A stretch of DNA of 26,923 bases from Gemmatimonadota bacterium. GTDB taxonomy: Bacteria; Gemmatimonadota; Gemmatimonadetes; Gemmatimonadales; Gemmatimonadaceae. Shown one piece after another: positions 18,006-24,404 of the stretch; position 1 is the first letter of the stretch, and each line of letters begins with the position of its first letter. The notes below the pieces were generated by a model. It did no database searches. It saw nothing but the letters and a program-made list of their open reading frames with translations, and had not been told where the DNA came from. The stretch covers positions 1-26,923 of the forward strand of contig JAZJZK010000054.1 of NCBI GenBank assembly GCA_040389905.1, read 5' to 3'. The translations under genes and the position numbers were made by a program.

Positions 18006-19084
18006 CGCACGGTCTCGATATTCGCACGGACGCATCGCTCGACTTCCTGTCGCTCGGCGCCATCATTCATCGTCTCGATCCTGGACAGATTCCGTTTCGC
18101 AAGGCGACGCAGTGCGCGATTCACGTCAGTGGCGGCGAATTCAACTGTGCGGCGAACCTTGCCGATGCGTTTCGCCTTGAAACCGCCGTCGCGACGGCGA
18201 TGGTCGACTACCCGATCGGTGATCTGATCGCCGAGCGTGTGCGCGCGATGGGCGTGCGTCCCTTCTACAAGCGCTTCAAGCACAATGGCGTGAACGGCCC
18301 CAACATGGCGACGGTTTACAGCGATCGCGGTCATGGTGTGCGAGCGCCCGTCGTGTTTTACAACCGTTGCAACGAAGCGGCCGCGCAGCTCAAGCCCGGC
18401 GACTTCGACTGGAAAGACATCTTCTCGCGCGGCGTGAAGTGGTTCCACAGCGGCGGCATCTTCGCGTCGTTGTCGGACACGACGGGTGAATTGATCATCG
18501 AGGGGATGAAGGCGGCACATGAAGCGGGCGCCATCACGTCGTTCGATCTCAATTACCGTGCGAAGCTCTGGAACATCTGGGGCGGTGGCGAGAAAGCGCA
18601 ATCGGTCATCAAGCGGATTGTCGAGAACGTCGACGTGCTCGTCGGCAACGAAGAGGACCTTCAACTCGGACTTGGCATTCCGGGTCCGGAAGTCGCCGCG
18701 GCATCGAAGCTCGATCCCAGTGCCTTCTTCGGCATGATCGGCGAAGTGGTGAATCGGTATCCTGGCATCAAGGGCGTCGCGACCACGCTGCGCGAAGTGC
18801 ACTCGACGAATCACCACAGCTGGGCCGCGGTCGCGTGGCTCGATGGCAAGACGTACACTTCGCCAACCTGTGAGCTAAACATCATCGATCGCGTCGGCGG
18901 CGGCGATGGCTTTGCGTCGGGCTTCTTTTATGGGTTGTTGAGTGATGCCGAACCGCAGGAAGCGGTAAATCTCGGGTGGGCGCATGGTGCATTGCTCACG
19001 ACCTATCCGGGCGACACGAGCATGGCGACGCTCGAAGAAGTGCGCGCGTTCGCGAAGGGAGGGTCGGCGCGCATTCAGCGGTGA
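18002..19084 (+). CDS. kdgK: PfkB-family sugar kinase, 2-keto-3-deoxygluconate kinase-like
   Basis: Motifs GGEFN.A, SFDLNYRAKLW, GNEED and DRVGGGDGFASG. The GTG start overlaps the gnd stop (GTGA), with RBS AGAGGA upstream. Confidence 0.82.
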   Translation: MTHGLDIRTDASLDFLSLGAIIHRLDPGQIPFRKATQCAIHVSGGEFNCAANLADAFRLETAVATAMVDYPIGDLIAERVRAMGVRPFYKRFKHNGVNGPNMATVYSDRGHGVRAPVVFYNRCNEAAAQLKPGDFDWKDIFSRGVKWFHSGGIFASLSDTTGELIIEGMKAAHEAGAITSFDLNYRAKLWNIWGGGEKAQSVIKRIVENVDVLVGNEEDLQLGLGIPGPEVAAASKLDPSAFFGMIGEVVNRYPGIKGVATTLREVHSTNHHSWAAVAWLDGKTYTSPTCELNIIDRVGGGDGFASGFFYGLLSDAEPQEAVNLGWAHGALLTTYPGDTSMATLEEVRAFAKGGSARIQR

Positions 19085-19087
19085 GGA

Positions 19088-19115
19088 ACAGGGGACAGGA
19101 GACAGGAGACAGGGC
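19088..19115 (+). repeat. Short tandem repeat, 4 x 7-nt ACAGG(A/G)(G/C)
   Basis: acagggg acaggag acaggag acagggc fills most of the kdgK-lyase spacer. Confidence 0.7.
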
Positions 19116-19122
19116 ATACGGC

Positions 19123-20355
19123 ATGACTGCGCTCAGGGTGAGCACCCTACTCCTGTTCGTTTCGGCGTGTGTCGCGCCGAATGTGTCCGTAGTGCCCGTG
19201 TCAGCAGCACTGGCGAGGCCGCGAACCATTCTCATGCGCGGAGAATGGCTCGCGGAAGCGAAAGCCGAGTTGCAGCAGGGCAACGAGGAGCTGCAGGCCA
19301 GCCTCGCCGTCCTGCGCGACAGCGCGGAGTCTGCACTCGGAGCGGCGCCGCTGTCGGTCATGCAGAAGAAGCGGATGCCGCCGAGTGGCAACAAGCACGA
19401 CTTCATGAGCATGGCGCCGTATTGGTGGCCAGATACCACCAAGCCAGGTGGTCTCCCATTCGTCCGCCGCGATGGCGTGGTGTACCCGGAGAGTCGCCTC
19501 GATCATGATGGGCTTCGCCTCCAGAAGACGATCGACCGTGTCGAGGCACTCGCGCTCGCGCATTTCCTGACCGGCGACGCCCGGTATTCGCGAAAGGCCG
19601 CGCAGGATCTTCGCGTGTTCTTCCTGGACACCGCGACCGCGATGCATCCGCATCTCGAGTACGGTCAGGCCGTACTCGGCGTCAACGACGGACGGGGAAC
19701 GGGGATCATCGATACTCGCGACCTGCCACGTCTCGTCGATGCTGTTCGTCTACTCGACGGCGCACCGGGGTGGACCCCGACTGATTCGGCAGCGATGGTC
19801 GCGTGGTCGTGGGGCTATCTCAAGTGGCTCGTTCAGAGCAAGAACGGGAAGGAAGAACGTGCCGCCACGAACAACCATGGCACGTTCTACGACGCGCAGC
19901 TCCTCGCGTTGGCGCTCCATGTGGGCGACACGCTCTTTGCGCGCACGGTCGTCGATAGCGCGAGAGCGCGCATTGCGTTCCAGATACGCGCCGATGGTAA
20001 GCAGCCGCTCGAGCTGGAACGGACGCGGCCGTTGCACTACAGCGTTTTCAATCTCGACGCCTTTACGATGCTCGCTGAAATGGGGCGCCAAGTTCGTGCG
20101 GACCTCTGGCGTTTCACTGCAGCGAATAGCGCGAGCATCGAGAAAGCACTGCGTTTTGTCGCGCCGTACGCGAACACGGCCGTGAAATTCCCTGCGGTCG
20201 ACTTGACGCCGGTCGGGACCGCAATCTTTCTGCTGCCACTTCGCCGAGCCTCGGCGGCGCTTCGCGACGCCGAATTGATTCGTGCCTTGCAACAATTGCC
20301 GTGGAGAGAGCGTGCGTATGGCATCTCGCGGTTCGCATATCCCTCGGTGCCGTAA
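19123..20355 (+). CDS. Second PF05426 (PL38-like) polysaccharide lyase; predicted lipoprotein
   Basis: Lipobox in MTALRVSTLLLFVSA-C. Motifs PPSGNKHDFMSMAPYWWP, FVRRDG, NNHGTFY and ELERTRPLHYS.FN. Clear paralogue of 7823-9163. Confidence 0.88.
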   Translation: MTALRVSTLLLFVSACVAPNVSVVPVSAALARPRTILMRGEWLAEAKAELQQGNEELQASLAVLRDSAESALGAAPLSVMQKKRMPPSGNKHDFMSMAPYWWPDTTKPGGLPFVRRDGVVYPESRLDHDGLRLQKTIDRVEALALAHFLTGDARYSRKAAQDLRVFFLDTATAMHPHLEYGQAVLGVNDGRGTGIIDTRDLPRLVDAVRLLDGAPGWTPTDSAAMVAWSWGYLKWLVQSKNGKEERAATNNHGTFYDAQLLALALHVGDTLFARTVVDSARARIAFQIRADGKQPLELERTRPLHYSVFNLDAFTMLAEMGRQVRADLWRFTAANSASIEKALRFVAPYANTAVKFPAVDLTPVGTAIFLLPLRRASAALRDAELIRALQQLPWRERAYGISRFAYPSVP

Positions 20356-20463
20356 GCGTCGGCCAATCGTCCAGCTCGCAATTCACGGCAAGCGGATTGC
20401 CTTAGTGACACGCGTACCGTTCTCTGCGTTTTGGCGCAGCGAGCCTCTCGCGGAGTCGTCGAC

Positions 20464-21261
20464 ATGTTCCAGACACTGCTCGCATCCGGGCCGGCCAAAC
20501 GACTGAGCAAGAGGGGATGGCTCATCAGTGGGACGCTGCACAGCGCGCTTCTCGCCGGCATCGTTGTTCTGACGGGCCGTGCCATCATGCCCGCGCTCAG
20601 CAAGCCGCAGGAGCAGCATGTCGTATTCGCGAATATGGAGCCGCCACCGCCACCGGTCGTGAAAGTCGAGCCGGTTCCCGAGAAAGTGCACGTCGCACCA
20701 AAGCGGGCAGCTCCGAAGCCGGCGGCTACGCCGCAGTATCGTCCGCCTGCGCCAAAGCCCAAGGTGGCGCAGACCTTCGTTCCCGCGCCGATTGCCATTG
20801 CGACGACCATTCCTGCCATCAGTGCCCCTGCGGCACCGGTCGGTGAGATCGTCGTCGCCGTTGCTGCGGCGCCGCCCATCGGCGGAGGGGGCACTGAGAA
20901 AGCGTCGGCAAGCGCTGGATCGGAAACCGGTACGGGAAGTGGACAACTCAACAGCGGGGAAGCGTTCACCGACGACCAGGTCGAGCGGATTGTGCAGCTC
21001 ACGTCGGCCCCGGCAACCCCGCGCTTTCCCGAGACCATGCGGTCGACGGGCGTGCAGGGCACTGTTGCGATCCGGTTCGTCGTGGGAACGAATGGACGCG
21101 TCGAATCGAAGTCGTTCGAAGTCATGTCGTCGCCGCACGACGCATTTTCCGAAGCGGTGAAGCGTGCATTGCTGCTGACGAAGTACCGGCCCGCCGAAGT
21201 GCGGGGCAAGGCCGTCCGCCAACTGGTCGAGCAGAGCTTCACGTTCAAGCTCGATCAGTAA
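20464..21261 (+). CDS. tonB: Energy transducer TonB
   Basis: N-terminal TM with S..LH (ISGTLHSALL), a Pro-rich linker, and a TonB_C domain (PRFPETMR..GVQGTV..RFVVGTNGRV ... YRPAEVRGKAV..LVEQSFTF). ATG 20464 follows GGAG. Confidence 0.9.
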   Translation: MFQTLLASGPAKRLSKRGWLISGTLHSALLAGIVVLTGRAIMPALSKPQEQHVVFANMEPPPPPVVKVEPVPEKVHVAPKRAAPKPAATPQYRPPAPKPKVAQTFVPAPIAIATTIPAISAPAAPVGEIVVAVAAAPPIGGGGTEKASASAGSETGTGSGQLNSGEAFTDDQVERIVQLTSAPATPRFPETMRSTGVQGTVAIRFVVGTNGRVESKSFEVMSSPHDAFSEAVKRALLLTKYRPAEVRGKAVRQLVEQSFTFKLDQ

Positions 21262-21387
21262 TGGCGTCTGCTTTGCGCTCGCGCGCGCGAGGCAAATGGA
21301 ACGCAGGTACGTCCGTGCCCGACAGAATCCTTTACGCCCTCGGCGTGAATCGGGCGGATTGGTAAGGTTCGGTGATCTCTTTTGTGC

Positions 21388-21416
21388 TTGTTTTTGTCGC
21401 CGGGTTCTTGTATGTT
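21388..21416 (+). promoter_or_regulatory. Putative sigma70 promoter for the leader-tRNA transcript
   Basis: TTGTTT(21388-93)-17 nt-TATGTT(21411-16). The predicted +1 falls a few nt before ATG 21426, and there is no Shine-Dalgarno. Confidence 0.55.
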
Positions 21417-21425
21417 GTCACTACG

Positions 21426-21497
21426 ATGACGATGAATTCCGCGCTCAACCGCAATAATCTCAATAATAATCGGCCCTCCTCGCGGAGACCTGGTTAG
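21426..21497 (+). CDS. Asn-rich leader (attenuator) peptide MTMNSALNRNNLNNNRPSSRRPG
   Basis: 23 codons with 7 Asn (6 AAT, 1 AAC), five of them within six consecutive codons (21453-21470). The stop codon lies inside the 5' arm of a predicted antiterminator. It is below the ORF-track cutoff and was read by hand. Confidence 0.8.
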   Translation: MTMNSALNRNNLNNNRPSSRRPG

Positions 21498-21559
21498 CGC
21501 ACACGCGTCACACAGATGCCAGCGCCTTCCAGGTCAGACCTGGAAGGCGTTCTTGTTTT
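21487..21559 (+). promoter_or_regulatory. Attenuator with mutually exclusive antiterminator and intrinsic terminator
   Basis: Terminator: CGCCTTCCAGGT(21523-34)-cag-ACCTGGAAGGCG(21538-49) followed by TTCTTGTTTT(21550-59). Antiterminator: GACCTGG(21487-93) pairs with CCAGGTC(21529-35), and GCGC(21497-500) pairs with GCGC(21522-25). Confidence 0.78.
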
Positions 21560-21561
21560 GA

Positions 21562-21634
21562 TGGGGTGTAGATCAACTGGCAGATCGCCTGACTGTTAAT
21601 CAGGAAGTTGCAGGTTCGAGTCCTGCCGCCCCAG
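21562..21634 (+). tRNA. tRNA-Asn(GTT), atypical sequence, CCA not encoded
   Basis: Cloverleaf with acceptor TGGGGTG/CGCCCCA plus G discriminator, D-arm GATC-aactggca-GATC, anticodon arm CCTGA-ctGTTaa-TCAGG and T-arm GCAGG-ttcgagt-CCTGC. Confidence 0.95.
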
Positions 21635-21667
21635 TACATGTAAGATATTTCAGGACAATATGTTACC

Positions 21668-21701
21668 GAAAGCCGCCACGGTGAGAACTGTGGCGGCTTT
21701 C
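21668..21701 (+). terminator. Intrinsic terminator-like hairpin after tRNA-Asn
   Basis: GAAAGCCGCCACGG-tgagaa-CTGTGGCGGCTTTC forms a 14-bp stem with one G-U pair, with short A/T runs at its base. Confidence 0.75.
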
Positions 21702-21783
21702 TGGCAAAATAATCACCGAGTAAGCACGAAAACCGTCTTCAAGCGAGATCGTAGCGTGCTGTGCATGACGCTCGTGTGACGCT

Positions 21784-22137
21784 GTGTCGTTATGCTCAGC
21801 CATGACCGTGATCGCTTTAGACGTCAATCTCTCGTGGTTAATTGCAAAGAGCGGGATCGAGAAAGGACCAGCACATCGCAGGCTGTATGCGATCGAGAAT
21901 CAGCTGATCTATCTGGCTCGGCCATGGCGTACCCGCGCACCAATCGATCCAGCGCGAGAACTGCGGATGTCCCGCGCAACGCGCCAGCAACTGATTGCAT
22001 GGGTCGGAGCGAAGGAGTCGCAGATCATTAACCTGCCGAAGCGAATCGCTGAATACGAGTCGCTTCTCCTCGACGATGAGACAGTGGCGGATAGCTGGAT
22101 ACGCTTTGTCCTCGCAGCCGCGCCTTTTTCCACCTGA
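21784..22137 (+). CDS. Hypothetical protein or gene remnant (about 117 aa)
   Basis: Protein-like helical composition at the island junction. The start is uncertain and no family was recognised. Confidence 0.3.
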   Translation: MSLCSAMTVIALDVNLSWLIAKSGIEKGPAHRRLYAIENQLIYLARPWRTRAPIDPARELRMSRATRQQLIAWVGAKESQIINLPKRIAEYESLLLDDETVADSWIRFVLAAAPFST

Positions 22138-22333
22138 ATGCGGATCACACGTACCTGAGGGTGCACGCTTCGTCCGTCCAGGGAAGCTTCCATGGCTTTT
22201 CAGCCGACGATGGGCCAACTTCAACACCGTGCAGCGTTCGACGACCTCCCCGTTCGTCAACTCCAAGGGCTTGATGTCGGACGAGCCGAAGTGGCGGAAA
22301 CGGACCAATGCAAAAGCGAAGTGCCGACCGATC

Positions 22334-23440
22334 ATGACTCAACCAATCCGTGATTCCGAACGGCAGACCCACCTCAGGCTGGTCTATAGCCAAGAGAACT
22401 TCGCGAGCGTCCCGTTACCGGAACGCGCCAGCAAGTACCCTGAATTGCGATATATGGGGTCAAAGAACCGACTCCTTCCCTGGATTCACGGGGTCCTACA
22501 GGGCCTTAAATTCGAGACGGCGGCGGATCCATTCTGTGGCAGCGGCTGTGTAGCGTATCTCCTCAAGACCATGGGAAAGCGCGTCGTCGCATCTGATTTT
22601 CTGAACTTCCCAGCAGTGCTCGCTCTCGCCGCCGTGGCCAATAACCGGTATCAGCTCGATGGTCCCGCGGTGAAGCGACTGCTCGCCTCACGCCGAGGTG
22701 GCCCACACTTCATCGAGCGAACTTTCGAAGGGATCTTCTACACTCCCGAGGACCTACGTTTCCTCGACCGCGTTTCCGGAAACCTTGCCCATCTTGAGCA
22801 CGATCATCAGCGCGCGCTTGCTCGGGCGGCACTTATGCGCTCGTGTTTGAAGAAGCAGCCGCGCGGTGTGTTCACAGTGTCAGGAGACTTGTCGCGCTAC
22901 GACGACGGCCGGCGCGATCTGCGTCTCTCGCTTGAGGAGCATTTTCTCGAACAAATCCAGGCATTCAATCGCATTGTTTTCGACAACGGGCACCGTCACA
23001 CCGTGAAGCGTGCGGACGTTTTCTCCTTGAAACCACGCGGTATCGATCTTGTCTATCTGGATCCACCGTACGTTCCACGGTCAGACGATAACTGCTACAT
23101 GAAGCGATATCACTTCCTTGAAGGGCTCTCGCTCTACTGGAAGGGTGTTCGCATCATGGAGGACACGAAAGTAAAGAAGATCGAGAAACCCTACACACCG
23201 TTTAGTTACCGCAAGACTGCGATCGAGGCGTTTGATCGTTTGTTCCATCTCTATAGAGATAGCACGATCGTCCTCTCGTACAGCTCAAATGGCTTTCCCG
23301 ATCGCGAGGAGCTTGAGACCTTACTGCGACGGTACAAGGGGAATGTCACCGCGTACGAGAAGCCACATCGCTATCACTTTGGTACGCATGCGGGCGTGGA
23401 GCGGTCCGAGGTTCGCGAGTACCTGATAGTGGGTACATAA
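22334..23440 (+). CDS. N6-adenine DNA methyltransferase (D12/Dam-like, alpha-type motif order)
   Basis: YMGSK (motif X), DPFCGSG (motif I) and DLVYLDPPY (motif IV). The start is taken at ATG 22334 because the upstream extension to 21995 looks non-coding. Confidence 0.9.
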   Translation: MTQPIRDSERQTHLRLVYSQENFASVPLPERASKYPELRYMGSKNRLLPWIHGVLQGLKFETAADPFCGSGCVAYLLKTMGKRVVASDFLNFPAVLALAAVANNRYQLDGPAVKRLLASRRGGPHFIERTFEGIFYTPEDLRFLDRVSGNLAHLEHDHQRALARAALMRSCLKKQPRGVFTVSGDLSRYDDGRRDLRLSLEEHFLEQIQAFNRIVFDNGHRHTVKRADVFSLKPRGIDLVYLDPPYVPRSDDNCYMKRYHFLEGLSLYWKGVRIMEDTKVKKIEKPYTPFSYRKTAIEAFDRLFHLYRDSTIVLSYSSNGFPDREELETLLRRYKGNVTAYEKPHRYHFGTHAGVERSEVREYLIVGT

Positions 23441-24277
23441 GTGCAATTCATTGCTCAGGATCTCGACGAGATCGTCTTAAGTCTGCAACGGATCAATGTC
23501 GAATGGAAAGACGACACGGCGCGTCGTGTCATCGACCGGCTTCAGAACTTTCCTGGGAAAGAGACATACTCAGCGGCCGATCTTGAGGCGTTGCTCGATT
23601 CACACTTCGACGATGGCGTTCTGATCCTCCGTCTCTTTCTGGGACTATCAAAGGATCAGTTCACGGGCGTGTTGACGTCCACACTTGACCCGCTCGGGAT
23701 TGGAATAAAGAGCTACAAAGCAAACCGACAAGCGTTCCTCGAAGCGCTCATCGGAATCGGGGCACTTGAGGCCATGGCAGTTGAGGTCAATCGAAAACTG
23801 CATTGGAGCGACGTGCTGCTCGAAAGACTTCGAAGTGGTCGAGGCAGCGCGATCTCGGGGCAAAGGCGAGGTCGGGGGGGAGAAGACTTCGCAGAAGTCA
23901 TCGTAGCAAAAGTGTTCGGCAGCGTGTTCGATACCCGCGCGACCTTCACGGGACCGTACTCGAAGAAAGCGAAATGCGACTTCGCAATCCCATCGAAAGA
24001 CGAACCTCGGATCGTGATCGAGTCGAAGGTCTACGGCGCCACTGGTTCTAAAATGACGGATATCATCGGCGATGCGGAGCAGATCATCGCTGCCAAGCGA
24101 CCGGATACTGCTTTCCTGCTTTTCACCGACGGCCTAACCTGGAAGCAGCGAAAGAGTGATCTGCGAAAGCTAGTCGAGCTTCAGAATGCTGGCGGTATTA
24201 CTCGCATTTATACCACAGCCATGGTAGCGCAGTTCGAGGCTGATCTACGGCAACTCAAGTCGGAGTACGGCCTCTAG
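23441..24277 (+). CDS. Type II restriction endonuclease, PD-(D/E)XK, DpnII/MboI-like C-terminal domain
   Basis: Motifs RGRGGE, CDFAIP...IVIESKVY.ATGSK and FTDGLTW. The GTG start abuts the MTase stop. Confidence 0.78.
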   Translation: MQFIAQDLDEIVLSLQRINVEWKDDTARRVIDRLQNFPGKETYSAADLEALLDSHFDDGVLILRLFLGLSKDQFTGVLTSTLDPLGIGIKSYKANRQAFLEALIGIGALEAMAVEVNRKLHWSDVLLERLRSGRGSAISGQRRGRGGEDFAEVIVAKVFGSVFDTRATFTGPYSKKAKCDFAIPSKDEPRIVIESKVYGATGSKMTDIIGDAEQIIAAKRPDTAFLLFTDGLTWKQRKSDLRKLVELQNAGGITRIYTTAMVAQFEADLRQLKSEYGL

Positions 24278-24404
24278 ATTAGCGAAGCGGTGCGGACGAA
24301 CTCTTATCCTCACGGCGACACGTGTCGCTGACGAGTAGTATGTTTGCTGGCCCTGCACGGACTGCATCTCCGTGGAGTGCTCAGATCCCATTCCAAACCT
24401 GTTA

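Noticed and set aside
20037..21248. Long antisense ORFs (for example 20037-21248, 11340-12281, 6213-7172, 2010-2921)
   Set aside because: These are shadow ORFs opposite well-supported genes in GC-rich DNA, with no motifs.
21420..21560. T-box riboswitch as the explanation for the terminator before tRNA-Asn
   Set aside because: No T-box consensus (AGGGTGGNACCGCG) or Stem I is evident, and the region is too short. The translated Asn-run model fits better.
21571..21586. Two GATC sites in the tRNA D-stem as a link to the DpnII-like R-M system
   Set aside because: GATC is frequent throughout the window and the R-M specificity is unknown, so this is likely coincidence.
21995..22333. N-terminal extension of the methyltransferase ORF, or a controller (C) protein
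   Set aside because: The extension is Ser/Arg-rich, non-protein-like and overlaps another ORF. No HTH controller was recognisable.
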